Shown here piece after piece: positions 1 through 14,639 of a DNA stretch of 64,000 bases. Made by a program: the position numbers and the translations under genes. Source of the stretch: the human T2T-CHM13v2.0 reference genome, Homo sapiens; the NCBI GenBank assembly GCA_009914755.4, contig CP068257.2:13824001-13888000 (forward strand), written 5' to 3'. Each line of letters opens with the position of its first letter. The stretch's first letter is position 1. The notes under the pieces are model-generated. The model was not told where the DNA came from. It searched no databases and was given only the letters and a program-made list of their open reading frames with translations.

Positions 1-639
1 CAAGTACCAGGAACACAGCTGAAACCCAGGAAGCAAGGGAAAAAAAGGCCTCTGAGGATTCAAAATAGAAACCATGTGCTAAAGCTCATGCTCTTTTCTC
101 TGAGAAGAGGCCCTCAGACTTGCACTCAGTGTAATTTGCTCTTCTTTCAGACACCATCCAAACAAGTTTGGTTGTCTGATTTCCCACCCAACAGAGATAG
201 AAAGCAGGAAATTGCAAAGTGGGCAGGATGGCTATGTAGACTAGGGGTCAGCCTTGTGGCAGACGATCTGGTAAAAACACATGCACACATATAGACACAC
301 AAACACACACATGCACTCCACTATATGCAGCAATTCCCATAAAAATTTGGAAGAAATGTACCAAAATGGAATTTGTGGTTATTTTTTAGTAATGAGCTTA
401 CAAGTGGTCTTATTTTCTTCTTACACTTTTTAAATATTAGCTAAACTTTTTACATGCATGTTTATGATCAGAAGAGGCAACACAGATATTTTCAATTAAA
501 GAAAATTTAAAAATTATTTCTTGATTCTCTCAGGAGAGCTCTGTTCACACCTCTATTAGAAGCATTTCCCAAATGGTAATTATATGCCAGACATTTATTT
601 GTCTTTGTCCTCTGCTGACTTGTAAACTTTTTGAGAGCA

Positions 640-740
640 GAGTTAGTACCTTTGTAGCATTGTAGCCTTAGTTATCAGCATAATCTCTAGCACACCAATG
701 CCCAATAAATATTTGTTGAGTATGGAATGAAAGTCAAAAT
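640..740 (+). mobile_element. MIR/L2-type 3' tail fragment
   Basis: Contains '...tctagcacaccaatgcccaataaatatttgttgagtatggaatgaa', which resembles the shared MIR/L2 3' terminus (…cctagcacagtgcctggcacatagt…caataaatatttgttgaatgaatgaa). Confidence 0.4.
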
Positions 741-1446
741 GCATGGTGTTTCTATGGGCATCTAGACATGGAATTCTCCACACCTCTGTCTCCCAGGAGC
801 AGTGCGCCACTGTGGTCTGCTTTGCCCTTTGACTAGGATAAAAGTCTACTCTAAGTCCACAATACAAATTAGAATTAAGATTGCATTCTCTGTTTTTAAA
901 AGCACAGAGGAATATGATTTATTCTGGCAAAGTGTCTTTTGAAATGGTTAGCATCTTTTAAAGTTTTGGCTTAAAGGAATGAGTATAAGAAATTTTGAGA
1001 ATTCTCTTACTTTTAGTCATTTATTTGAAAATCTGGCTGTATCTGTTAATTGAGGATCATGGGCTAAAGATATGGGACACGGCTCTCAGAGTTGCACTAT
1101 AGAGGTAAAATGCAATCTGTAAAATATTGGCTGTAGAATAAGACCATGTACAAGTTCTAGAGGAAGAAATGAGAGACCCCTATATGTATTACTTTATATG
1201 GCATCTTTATAAAGCTTTAAGGCATGTGCATCTTTGCAAATAAATAAAAATGTGAAAAACACCAAAGCTCTACTTTCCTTGTAACCAATTTCCTTAAAGA
1301 CCCCCCCTTCTCAGTGCTACATAGAAGGATTGAATATGGTCTTAAGTTCTACTCTTTTTCAACACAAACGAAGATTAAACCAATTCATTCAGAAGAAAGA
1401 GAAATGACTGGATTCCATTTACAAGTAGAAAAGGAGTAGAATTTTA

Positions 1447-1786
<340 letters not shown>

Positions 1787-2235
1787 TCAGAAAGAAATAT
1801 ATGAGTTGCTGAACAGTGGATATCATGGCAGAGATACGTGACAATACTGAATAGGATGATTCACCATCTGTTATTTATGTTTTATAAATGATTTCAAAGC
1901 ACATTTTAGTAACTTGGACGGGATTCTCAAAGCGGGAAAACAGTGTTGCCTTTGCCCACAAATGCACCAGGGCCTGCCAGCAGAGCCCCTTAACCCTAAA
2001 AAGCAGCTACTCAAAATTAAAATGCACATGAGGACATTTTTCACTACAATCAACCTGGGTATCAGTATCGACGAACAGGGCTAAGCATTGGTAACTTAAT
2101 GCAGAGATAAATTTGTACTTTACCCATTGAATTTGGTTCCTTTTCCACATCTGTAAAAAGTTAAATAGAATGGTAAAGTTACCTGATTTGTCTTTCATCT
2201 CGTTATTTCTCTACTCCTTGAAGGTAATGCCGAGG

Positions 2236-2236
<1 letters not shown>

Positions 2237-2292
<56 letters not shown>

Positions 2293-2300
2293 AAAAAAAG
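2237..2300. repeat. compound microsatellite (CA)~19 (GA)~11 A8
   Basis: Direct read: 'acacacacac…acagagagagagagagagagagaaaaaaaag'. ORF 2170..2352 (HTHTHT…ERERER) is a translation artefact of it. Confidence 0.98.
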
Positions 2301-3098
2301 TAAGTCCAAAGCAGGCAGCAGGAAAAAGACAGAAAAAGTGACAAATAAATGATTAATCCCTGGAAAATTTAAATTTAATAGTGAATACGGACAACTTTCA
2401 ACTTATAAAAGAAAAACATCCCTTGGGCATCAAGCCTAAGATACTCAACTGTAAGAGGCGGTAAGTCTGTAAGCCTAATAAATAACTTTAGGAAAAGTTT
2501 TAAAACTTTGTTTTGATTTTTTAAATATCTAGACCAATGTGTTTTTAAAAACTAGAAATAATGGAATAAATTCCTAATATTTGAAAGAAGATGTCAAGAA
2601 AGATAGCGAAGCCTTCCTAAATCACAAGCCTCTATGTCACTCCTTAGACATAATCATCTTTTTGTATCCCACATGAAAATCTTCAGCTATGAAGTGACTA
2701 TACGGTGCTGTTCCTGCCCAAGTCACCACTAAACTGAGAAGGCTGATATGCCACTGGTCAGGAGACAGTTAATGATGTTACACAGGAAACATGGCACCCA
2801 AGTTTCTAACCAACAGTGAATCTGCTTGTTAATTACATTCTGAGCAGGGAGTGACTTTTGCTACCAAAGGGGATTTAAAGAACCCTTTCCACACTACTCC
2901 AGAGATGTGAATGCTGAGCCTACAGCCATGCAATGAAGTATATGTAGCAATGAGTATCACACAGCCTCACACAGTACTCTAAGAAATGGTTAAGAAAAAC
3001 AAATCCTCCATAAAAATCAAGTAAAACTATAAATAATTAAAAACTGCCTTTGGAATAAATGCATATGAATACTAAGTCTAATTAGCAATAAGGTCTTT

Positions 3099-3099
<1 letters not shown>

Positions 3100-3141
<42 letters not shown>
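3100..3141. repeat. (CA)~21 microsatellite
   Basis: Direct read 'aacacacacacac…acacacacattcc'. ORF 3078..3260 (…VCVCVCVCV…) is an artefact. Confidence 0.98.
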
Positions 3142-3142
<1 letters not shown>

Positions 3143-3949
3143 TCCAAGGCAGACTTTGTAAGGCAAAGAATAATTTTAAAAAATGCTGTTGCTGTTCCCT
3201 ACAAAAATGCTGATTAAAGATTGCTACCCGCTTCTTACCCCAGAGAAAGTGGAAAGTCAAACCCTGATGCCCATATTTGCCTGTATCATGTCCAAGAAAT
3301 TATGGTAAATTGTGAATCAGTCACTACTAACAAATCCATTTGTCCTCTTCATAAAGACTGGAGCTGAAGAATCTGCTGTCAGGATTCGATGGACAGATAT
3401 CTAGAACAACAGACCCAGTGAATATTTGCTGAATGAATGAACCTTGGATTTGGAAAGCCTTCTATACCAGATTCATGTTTCTGATGTTCTGAATGGAGAA
3501 AAACAAGTAAAGAGTTATCCTCAAAGTTTTCTCTCGTGATAGGGCTTATTTCTCTTTAGGTGTGCTACATACTATACTATGTTCTTCACATTCAAGATGA
3601 AACGGGATAAACGTCCTAACAAACTTTACCTCTCTGGACTTGACCTTTTAGATATATTTTGGTTCTGGTCTTGGCTTTTGGGTAAGTAGCTATACAGAGT
3701 TCATCCCTCACAGCCAGTTCAAGCTGGCTGAACATTATGTCCAGTAGAGGGTTCCCTGGGAGACTGATTTGGCTTAGAACCTTTTGACCCATTCTGTTGG
3801 CAAACTTAAAGGTTCACACAGGTCCGTCCTGATCCTTTCAACTATTTCAAACCTCCTATGCCCTTGAAGTGTTCTCTCACTTTTTTTTTCTTTTTTTTCC
3901 CTGAGTTCTTTTGAGCAGGGATAATTAGCAGGCGTATTAGTTTCCAAGG

Positions 3950-4330
3950 GCTGTCATAACGAATTACAAACTGGTGGCTCAAGATTACAGAAAATCATTC
4001 TTTTATAGTTGTGGAGGCGAGAGTCTGAAATCAGGGTGTCAACAGGACCATGCACTTTTCAAAGACTCTGGGGGAGAATCCTTCCTTGTCTATTTCAGAT
4101 TCTTGGCTTGTAGTTACATAACTCCAATTTCTGCCTCTGTCTTTGTATGATCTCTCCCCTGTGTTTTCTCCCTTTCTATGTATCAGGACATTTTTCATTG
4201 AATTTAGGGCCAATTAGGATAATTCCAGATGATCTCATCTTGAGATCCTTGACTTAATTATCTCTGCAAAGATCCCTTTTCCAAATAAGGTCACATTCCC
4301 AGGTACCAGGTGGACATACCTTATGTGGAA
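3950..4330 (+). mobile_element. ancient mammalian interspersed repeat, copy 1 (family with the core '…cagaaa.tcattcttttatagttgtggaggc.agagtctgaaatcagggtgtcaacagg…'); exact family name not asserted
   Basis: The same diverged consensus appears at 33640-33960 (same orientation) and 39045-39497 (opposite orientation). Shared blocks: 'cagttctggaggctgg.aagtccaa.atcaag', '…tcttcacatggc…', '…ttataag…ccctaat…cattcatgag…', 'ttcaacatatgaatttgg'. Confidence 0.5.
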
Positions 4331-5554
4331 ACCACCATTCCATTCACTACAGTGAGTGATTCATCTTTAGATTTGAAGAGGTAAATAATTTGTGGTATTA
4401 CATTTGGTGCTCTAAACATTTATTTTAAATATTCTGCATACCTTAACTTTGTGTCTATTTATTTTAAGTTATTGCTTTAACTTATTATTATTGTCTTCAT
4501 TGGTAGTTCTTCTAGACCAAAGTTTTTCAGTCACAGCATGACTGACATTTGGGGCTTGATAATTCTTTCTTGTGGGAGGATTTGCTGCTCATTGTATTGT
4601 GTTTCACAGCATCCCTCGCCTCTACTCTCTAGGTGCCAGTAGCATTCCACCAGTTGTGTCAATAAAACATGCCTCTAGAAATTCCCAAATGTCCCTGGAT
4701 CAGGAAATTGTTCTTGGTTGGAAACCACTGGTCCACTTCAAACATTTCTAGATAAGACTATTAGAAATTACACTGAAACACTAAAATTCATCTAAATCAT
4801 AACTTTGATTTCTTTGGCTAAAACTTGTGCACTGAAAATATTATAAAAATGTTTTATTTTATTTTGGTTCAGAATAATGAGTTAATGGAACATTTTCCCA
4901 GGGTATACATAATTTTCAATGGCCCAGTCTCTACTCACGTAGCAAGTGATATGAAGGACCAGGCTTAGTGCATGCTCTCCCATTTACTTATCTGCTATTC
5001 AAAAACGGGCAGAAATCTGCTCCTTTCGACCAGAAAGGCAAACTGAATTCCTTCATAACAGGGTTTGACAGAGAAATATATGTGATATCCATTAATGAAG
5101 TAAAATTGCAGAAAAACCACTTCTTTATACAAAGAGAAAAAATATCAACCATTCACCTTTATTGCCATTAGGATCAACATGGAACACTCAAACAATGGTT
5201 CTGTTATTAATTCAGAAACATCCAACCCACTTATGAGTTAAAGCAAGATATTAGGCACAGATCTATGAGCTATTAATATTGTCTGTTTTAATAAAACATA
5301 TCAGAGCTTACACTAACAAAAGTTGTTGCTTCAAGGTTGTAGACACCTTAGTAAGCTAGACAATTTAGTAAACTCCAAAACTGTCATTGCCCCATTCTCC
5401 AACCATTTTAAATGTTGTAGACCTGAAATAAAGGCCATCCTGAGTCTCAACAAGAACTCATTTTTGTTTAGAATTACATCTAATTTTGGTTAACTGGATT
5501 TTTATCTACAAAACTTGTTTCCAACATTCAAATCCACATTTAAAAGTTTAATAT

Positions 5555-5870
<316 letters not shown>

Positions 5871-6244
5871 TAATAAAATAAAATAAAAGTTTAATGTTAC
5901 TACCAACAGAAATATTTTTAAGATTCCCAGTTTTCCAAGACAATTTAAAAAGACAAAGCAAAAATATTTTGAGTAATGATAGCTTCTTTGACATAAATAT
6001 AAGGTCTCCCAAGGTAACCGCTCTGAGAAGGACAATAAGCATTTGGATTTATAAATGTTGCTACTTTTAAGAAAATAAATTGCATTATTTTACAGATCCA
6101 ATCTATAGATAACCCATTAGCTAAACATTCTTTGAAAACAGAAATCAGATTTTTTTCCAGTTATAGCTAACAATACTAATTTCAAATAACAATTATAATA
6201 ATTTATTATGAGAGAAGATCTTTTTGAGCTATTAATTAACTGAA

Positions 6245-6478
6245 TTGAGAGGTAGCATAGCATACTGAATAAAACCATGGGCTTAGTAGCTCAACTGCTA
6301 GGATGCAATTGTGACTCTGTCAGTTATCAACTGTGTGACCTTGGTTTTCTACTCTGTAAAATTGGTCTAATAATAGTAACAACCTCATTAAGTTGCTGTA
6401 AAGATTACAAGTTAATGCACATAAAGCATGAAGAGTAGAGTCTAGTATGTAGTAGATGTTCAATAAATGATTATTTCT
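6245..6478 (+). mobile_element. MIR SINE (near full length, diverged)
   Basis: '…gagaggtagcatagcatactgaataaaaccatgggcttagtagctcaactgctaggatgcaattgtgactctgtcagttatcaactgtgtgaccttggttttctactctgtaaaattggtctaataatagtaacaacctcattaagttgctgtaaagattacaagttaatgcacataaagcatgaagagtagagtctagtatgtagtagatgttcaataaatg'. This parallels the MIR consensus (…ctagctgtgtgaccttgggcaagt…tctgtaaaatggggataataata…gttgttgtgaggattaaatgag…caataaatg). Confidence 0.7.
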
Positions 6479-7999
6479 GTGATTGTTTCACTTTTCTCAT
6501 GTCTCTTTTTATTTGATTTGATCCAATTCCCTAAAGACTTCACGTTAAGAAATAAAACATTTGACTCCAAAGACTTTTGGCAAGCTGCACTTTTCAGTCT
6601 CCTAGTTTGTCTTTATGGCCTTTGGGGTCCATATCTTTCTGCTGCATTTTACAAGTTCTGTTTCAATCATATTTACTTCCATTATATATTAAGTCATATT
6701 GAGACTACATAATAATACATGACAATAGATAAAAATTTGGTTAGCCCAGAGTAAAGAATTTAAAGTTATCATTGGACAGATAATAGAAAGAGGAGGAGGA
6801 TTATTTTGTGTGACATAAATCAAGCATGGTGAAAAACAACGTAATGCTCCCTCATAGAAGCAGGTTTTCACTAAGGGGCTGATGATATTCAAATTGCATA
6901 AAATGAATACTTTCCCTGGGATAGTCTTGACCACACAGTATTTATTTTTTTAATTCACAATATTTTTTGAATCAATTTTTAAGTTGGTGCTTAAGTGATT
7001 AATTTCTTAATCATGACATACTTATCTACTCCAATGTAGGAAAAATCTTTTTATCTCTCAATACTCATAAATAATAGATGAAATGTAATTGAACTATTAT
7101 AAATATTATTGATGACAGAAGGAAACAAACTTCTGAGTTCAGCTCTTCCTAACCCAAGAGAGATTGAGCAAAAATACGTATATTATGTGGGAAATTACAA
7201 TTCAAGTATTAGAACTCCTTTGTTTAGTTAGTTATTTGCCTCAGGCAGGTGATAATTTTCAAACCTAGAAACAATTTATTTTAAATATTCAAAAATTAAT
7301 ATAGAAAATAAGGCTACCAAACTTTTCCAAACACATTTACAAAGAATTCTTGAGGAGGAAAAACAAACTTGAATGATCTGCTTCCTCATTACCATAAAAA
7401 GTTGTTTTGTGATGAACCCCCTTGATTCTAAGGACAACAATCCATGACAATTATTATCACAGACAAAATTTCCAGAATATAAGAAATTCTTCCTGTTTCC
7501 TTAAGTGGTTTTAAAAAGATTCATCATGATCAAATATAATTTTAGTAAACTCTTCATTTCAGAATAACATAAGATGTCCCAGTGAGAGAATACGCTGAAA
7601 TCCTTTAATCATACTTTTTTGCAAAAGAGCATTTACAAAGCATCTTTAAGTCACCCTGAATTGGCATAACGTATTGAAGATTTGGGGCATGTGGCTGGAT
7701 GTTACCTTAACATGGTGACAAAGATACAGGAAGATAGAGAAGAAAGAAAATGGAGAATGGAAAAATTCCACCACTTGTACATAAAAAGCATGAGGTTACA
7801 TATGTTGTCTCTCTGCGTGGTTCTTCTTTCCAAGGCTCTGGGAAGGGAAAGGGGTAAAATGATCTTCAATTCTTTCTCAGGCCTGTACTGTACCACTGCC
7901 TTTCAATATTCTCCCATTTGGCTGAGTTTGTCGAATTTAAAACATGATGCAGTGTTTACTTTATACACATTAAAAGGGAGTTATGTTTAAAACATATAA

Positions 8000-8920
8000 A
8001 CTAAAATATCTGGACTATCTGTAACTGAATAATAAAAGAAGACACAAAACCAAATATGAAAAAATTAACAAAGAACTTGAATAAACAACTCACCAAGGAA
8101 GAAATCCAAGAGGTAAGTAAGCACATGAAAAGATACTCAATACCACGAGTCATTAGGGGAATCCCAATTAAAATCAAAGTAAGATATTACCACACTTATA
8201 CTAGAGAGTGGATAAAACTTTAAAAGCTGAAAATACAAAGTACTGGTAAAGGTGTGGAACATCTAGAACTCATACATTTTTCTAGTAGTAATGCAAATGT
8301 TACCATCACTTTGAAACATAATTTTGAAAAATAAGTATACACTTACCATATGATCAATCAATAGCTCATCTAAGTATTTACCCAAGAGTAATGAAAACCC
8401 ATGTCCTCACAAAAACCTCTATGTGAATGTTCACAGCATTTTTACTCATAATTGCCTCAAACTGAAAACAATACAAATGTTCATCATTAGTGATGGAGTG
8501 AATGGATAAACAAATTGTGATAATTCCATAAAACAAAGTGCTACTCAAAAGCAAAACTAGATGAACAATTGATGCAACAACATGGATGAATCTCAAAAAC
8601 ATCATGCTAACTGAAGAAAGCCAGACACAAAAGCTTATATGCCATGTGATTCCAGTTACATGATTATCTGAGAAAAGCAAATTTAAAGGGACATAGATCC
8701 AAGACGTGATTGTCAGGGAGTTGGGGATGGGGGAAGAGGCTGTGTTACAAAGAAGGATAGAGGACATTTTTGGAGCGATGAAAATATTCTATGTATATCT
8801 TGATGATAGTAGTAGTTATACAAATATCTACATTCATCAAGATTTATAAAGCTACATGTTTAAAAAATGGTGAATTTTACTGTATGTGGATTATACCTCA
8901 ATAAAATTGACTAAAAAATC
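8000..8920 (+). mobile_element. L1 (older L1M/L1P type) ORF2 3' portion and 3' UTR, sense on + strand
   Basis: '…gcacatgaaaagatactcaataccacgagtcattagggg…aaggtgtggaacatctagaactcatacatttttctagtagtaatgcaaatg…ccatatgatcaatcaatagctcatctaagtatttacccaagag…tcacagcatttttactcataattgcc…gtgatggagtgaatggataaacaaattg…aacatggatgaatctcaaaaacatcatgctaactgaagaaagccagacacaaaag…tatacctcaataaaattgactaaaaaat'. This is collinear with the L1 ORF2 C-terminus and 3' end. ORF 8378..8767(-) is spurious. Confidence 0.85.
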
Positions 8921-9163
8921 AATGCAATATATTTAAGATCACCCTGACACATGGGATAGTTCACTCCAAACCTAAACTCATTGACACAGAACCAAGCCAT
9001 GACCAGATAACAGATGTAGGTTATCATCATTTATTCTGGCTTCCCATAAAGTCCTTAGTGTAACCATCTAAAACCTGGTAGTGCTATTGCCCTTGATTTA
9101 AAAAATTGACAATTTCCCTAAGGTCACTGCATTAATCAGGGTAGACCAGGTATACTATAGTAG

Positions 9164-9537
9164 TGTATTAGTTCATTTTCATGCTACTGTTAAGGACATA
9201 CCTGAAACTGCGTAGTTTATAAAGGAAAGGTTTAATTGACTCACAGTTCTGCAGGGCTGGGGAGGCCTCAGGAAACTTACAGTCACGGCAGAAGGGGAAG
9301 CAAACACGTCCTTCTTCACAAGGCAGCAGGAGAGAGAAGAATGAGAGGTTAGGGAAGGGGGAAACCCCTTATAAAACCATCAGATCTTGTGAGAACTCAC
9401 TCACTATCATGAGAACAGCATGGGAAAAACCACCCTCATGATTCAATGATCTCAACCTGGTCCTACCCTTGACACATGGGAGAATTACTATAATTCAAGG
9501 TGAGATTTGGGTGGGGACACGAAGCCAAACTATATCA
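9164..9537 (-). mobile_element. MaLR LTR (THE1/MST family), solo, minus orientation
   Basis: Reverse complement of the THE1-type consensus. The window reads '…gtattagttcattttcatgctactgttaaggacatacctgaaactg.gtagtttataaaggaaaggtttaattgactcacagttctgcagggctggggaggcctcagg…' and ends '…ggtgagatttgggtggggacacgaagccaaactatatca' (rc of TGATATGGTTTGGCTGTGTCCCCACCCAAATCTCA…). Confidence 0.85.
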
Positions 9538-12184
9538 AGTAGCAAACCCCAAACCTCAGTGGTTTAACATAGTCCATATTTATTTCTTGCTTATGTAAAT
9601 TCTGCTGTGAGTTTCTGGTGACTCTTCAGGGTATCTGTTGTCCATGCATTCACTCAGTGGTCCCAGATGAGCTAGTTTCCACCATGCTATAGCTGTGTCA
9701 ACTGTAGCATGCACTTTCTCAGTCAATGCAGCAGGAAAAGAGAATGCTCACAGTAGCATTCTCACAGTAGTGAAAGTGACAACACAACACATATCATTGC
9801 TTCTCACAAAATTTTACCAGGAACAGGTTGCTTAGTCCAGCTTAATTTAAAAGTCAGAAAAGTATAATTTCCCCTTTGTGCCAGGGAGATGAGGATAACC
9901 AGCTTGGGATAAGCACCAGAAGTTACTAACACAGTTCTTTTTATTTTATTTCACAATATACTTTTTGCTGTTTCTTATCAAATAAGTATTCATGCACACT
10001 TATTATTCTGGGCCATGAAGTAGCAATGTATTACTAGGCAGAAGCAGTATGGTACCATGTTCTTGTTGGGAATATCATCATTTAACCCTCAACATTGTTG
10101 CAGTGGGGTAAATTAAGCTGCCAAGGGCTTAATGTTTTTCTCCTAGGATTTCCTGTTGAGTTTTGGTATCTAGAGACTGATGGGGATTAGCTTTGCATGC
10201 TCCCGCTTAGTCTTCTTGCATGTGGGAATTTGGGAGCAATTAATGTCATCTCTGATGACAGAGGAAATTAACTCTGTGTGTTAGCTATGTTGATAGAACA
10301 TACTCAAAGGTTCAGATGGCAGTCTGAACTTCTGAACTTTTGGGAGCTAAATACACACTTAATTCTTTAGAGATCCCTGAAGACACAAATTAAAGAGGGT
10401 GAATTAAAAGAAAAAAGTGTTTCCAGTTTTTATAGGAGGAGCTTTGAAGTCACCATGGAATGAGTCTGAGAATCTCTACAGTATCTGTATACTGTAGGAA
10501 GAGGAGTTAAAGTCAGATCATTGGTGAAGTGGAAGGTTCTCACGTGAGAGGCAGGTACTGAGATGGCGGAAAGAGCAAAGCTGCTGGAAATTGGGGCAGT
10601 GGATCAATAGTGGGGGATGGATGTGGGACAAGCAGACGTGATCTCAATCATGAAATGTGATTTTGGAGCATGATAGTTTTACGGGTCCTTAAATCTGTCC
10701 CAATTTATCCTTTTCTCATGGAAATAACGAGCGCACTATTTGTCTTTTGAATCCATTATACAGAGTGAGTGCAACATTTCAGGTCAAAAGAAGATCTGTT
10801 CCCATAGACTGAACTACCATGTTCTTTTTCCTAATGATAATTCTAGTGAAAATAAAACAACAGCAAAATGTGTGTGTATTAATGAATGTGTGTGATCTGA
10901 GCACATACAACACAAGTACAACTAGATATAAAATAGGTAAGCAGACAAAACCTTCAGTGAGGGTTTCCATTATGATGCAACATAGGAAGTAGCTATAGTG
11001 TAATCTGTAGAAGCAACAAAATGTAGCATTTATTTCATCCCTTCTATGCTGCATGCCAATGGCAGACAATGTTAAAGGAGCACAGCTCTCTGTTCTATGA
11101 AGCCCAGGCCAGGCCTCAGCATCCTTGTCAACCCAGCACTGGAAGTAGCCACTATATAAACAAATAAACAATCAAATTTTGCACTCGATTTGAGAGCTAC
11201 TTTCTATCAAACACCAGCAAAAGATTTCTGAATTTTGAATGGTGGTGAAAACTCTCCAGAGATTTTTTCCTTTTCACTAAAAGCCTGGTGAGATTATGCG
11301 TTTCCTTTTTGCTTTCTTTTCTTACTCTCCTCTGTCTTTTCTTGAAAAAAAAAATGTACTAAGCACTAACCACAAGAACCTGCATGTGTCAGGTGCTGGA
11401 GATAAAATTGTGAACAAGGCACAGTGGGAAAATTCTAAGTAATGTCCAGCACTCATAACCAGTCACTTCTGGAAAGATTTTCTTCACTTTGCTGAAAGCT
11501 ATATGAATCCAGTTTCATCCTACCATGTGGCAATTTCTACCCTTCTCTACCCCCACCACCCCAGTTTAAACTATATCATCTATTGCCTGGACTGCTGTAG
11601 GAGCCACCTTGGTAAATCTCTACATTCACTCGGATCCTATCCAATCCATCTTCTGCACAGGAGTCAGAGCAATTACATACAGGGTCTTGTGATTCTCGTG
11701 CTTAAAACGCTCCACTGGATTTCCCCGGCTCTTTAGATGGAAGCCAACACTCCTAACACGGCGGCCAAGGCCCTGTGTAATTTGTTCCATACCTGTTTAT
11801 TCAGCTTCATCTACCACCCCTCTCTTCTTCACTGTCTGTTATCCAACCACAATGTTTTTCCATTTCTCAAACTTACCCTTTCTGCCTTGCAGCTTTGTAG
11901 CCTGCAATACTATTTTCCCACTTTGCCTTCTAGTTAACTCTGTCATCTTTTAAGTTTCAGTTCAGAATTCACTTCACCTACTGCACACCCAGCTACTTTT
12001 GTATTAATTTCATGGTATCATGTACCTCTCCTTCTTTCATCACATTTAATGATAATTCATGTTGTCTGTTTGATTATTTGATTAACCTCTGCCTGCCTCA
12101 TTAGCCTATTAGCTCAATGATGACATAATGATTGCAAGGAAAATGTCTGCTGTGCTCTTAAGTGTGTTTGAGCGTGTGTGCACG

Positions 12185-12270
12185 CACGTCTAGCACATAG
12201 TAGATGCTCAACAAATACTAGTGGCATGGAGGCAGGAGGAAACAACTCACTGGTTGCATGAATGAACAAA
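12185..12270 (+). mobile_element. MIR/L2-type 3' tail fragment
   Basis: 'gtctagcacatagtagatgctcaacaaatactagtggcatgg…gcatgaatgaacaaataaag' resembles the …cctagcacatagtaggtgctcaataaat…gaatgaatgaa terminus. Confidence 0.35.
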
Positions 12271-12814
12271 TAAAGATAGGAGTGTTCCTGTCCCCAGACC
12301 TTACAATCTAATGGGAAACAGATAATAAATAGACAATTTGAAGACAGTTTGATGAGTTCTGTGAGAAGACAAGTATAGTGTGCTACATGCAAACATAAGA
12401 GGGATACTGAATTCCAATTTGAAGGGGCTACTATAGTAGAGATGAAGAGGAATTATATAATCAAGAGTTACAATAGACATATTTACAGAAATGGAGCAGT
12501 TTCACATATCCAGCCCTTGCGGGGCTATGTATAGTAGTAAATAAGAACAGAAATACAAGCTGTGGAAATTCTGCTGCAAAGGCTGTATTTTAAAGTCTGA
12601 ACTCTAAATGGTTGCAAACAGAGAGAGACTGAGAATTCTTCCAATTAGCACATCTGTCTTGACTCAGGAAGTGACTACACTGAGGCAGATCCACATAAAA
12701 ACAGAGAACACAGAGGGAAGTCAACCTATGATTAAAAAAAAAAATTCAAATAATGACACAGTAAGAGGATCAGGGTCAAAACTGAAGATACTTTCCCCCT
12801 AAGCTGTGCATAGC

Positions 12815-12833
12815 TAGAAAAGATTAGTAGGGG
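12815..12833. repeat. target-site duplication (left copy) of the Alu at 12834-13127
   Basis: 'tagaaaagattagtagggg' is identical to 13128-13146. Confidence 0.85.
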
Positions 12834-13194
<361 letters not shown>

Positions 13195-14639
13195 TCATAC
13201 ATGTATGCATAGATATGCTTTATATGCATAATTGAATAAATTAAATATAGTTTATTGTAAATTACAGATGGGTCATTCTGAAGTAATCTTCTTTATTGCC
13301 GTTGCGAAGTCTCAATTAAAAAAAAATTAGTTACTGTTAAACATATATTTGGACACAAACAAATCCAAACAGCACATGCAGTTGAACTCCTGGATAGCCA
13401 AGCCAAGCAGCTCACGTTAGAGGACTGTGCTTGAAGAAGATCTGTTCCTGATGGTGAGCGGACCACATGTCATTCACAAGTACGTATACCCTTCAAATAG
13501 CTTTGCTATAGATTTGCCATGTAGCTTTCAAGGCCAGAGAAAGGGGGTCCCCTGAGGGTCTTTCTTTTTTTTTTTTTTTTAATAATGGAGCCCATGAACA
13601 CTAGTGCAGAATGTAAATGTGAAGTCACAGAACCCATTTTTCCTAACTGTGATCACCCAGATTTTGCTGTAGGGTAGCAAATGACTGCAGATTCCAGGGG
13701 GAGAAGCCAAACAGCTCTCACTACCCTGAAAAAATGGAAGTCAGAAAAAGCATTCAACAATGTCACCCTGCTGCAAGCATGTTAGGAGCTGTCCCCAGAG
13801 ACCTCATCTTCCTCTTCATCCTCAGCAAAGAAAATTAAATGTCACTAGTGAGCACAGAACCTCCCTCATTTCACCATTATCTTCTCTTTTCTAAAGATGC
13901 TTTATGTCCTTTCTGAAAGTACTAAAGAAATCCTTAATGATATCTAGAAATAATGTTTCTTTCTTGCACCCAGAATTTTCCTGCTCTTTGGAAAGTAACA
14001 CTTCACTCTTTTTTTTTTTCTGAATTATTATTTACAGGGCAAGTTGACATTTTAGGACACAAATCAGATTATCAAGTTTAGTCTTGGTGAAATCACCTTA
14101 TTATTTGTAAGAAATACCTGTCTTCAGTTAAAGCATGGGTAATCATTAATGATAAATATAATGTTATTTAATATGTGGTATGTAATTGGAGAGTGCCATA
14201 GGTGAGTGCAGACAGAAATAAACTAGTTTTCAAACTAACTGGCTCTACTCCATCTAGCTATGTGTCCCTAAATAAAGCACTTAACTGCTCTGTGCCACAA
14301 GAGTTTGCCACAAAACACAAAACTAGTAGAATCCTAAAGATCTCAAAAAGCCTGTATGTTTAAAAGAATGTCACTGTAACTTTGGGAAACTTTAAGGCAC
14401 TGAACATGTTCGATATCATCAGAAGCTAGAAAAAATGATTAGGATTTTTCCTTTAAACTTTATACATTTGTGTTTTGTCTTGGTTTTGAGTATTTAGTGT
14501 TTTTTTCATTTTTAAATGAGCTTTGTAGTTAGTGCATTGGCCCTCAGGAACGATAATTTATTGTTTTTGTTTTATTTTAGGTTAAAGTAAAATTATGAGA
14601 CTTCATATATTTCTGAGTGACTTAAGACTGTTCACTGGG

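Noticed and set aside
8378-8767. 129-aa minus-strand ORF inside 8000-8920, plus other 100-130-aa ORFs at 5644..6042, 10779..11171, 21858..22244, 33024..33401 and 35992..36372
   Set aside because: They overlap L1, L2, Alu or other repeat sequence, or AT-rich unique DNA. None has start-codon context, and they are antisense to or frame-inconsistent with the repeat's own ORFs. Their length is consistent with chance in 64 kb x 6 frames.
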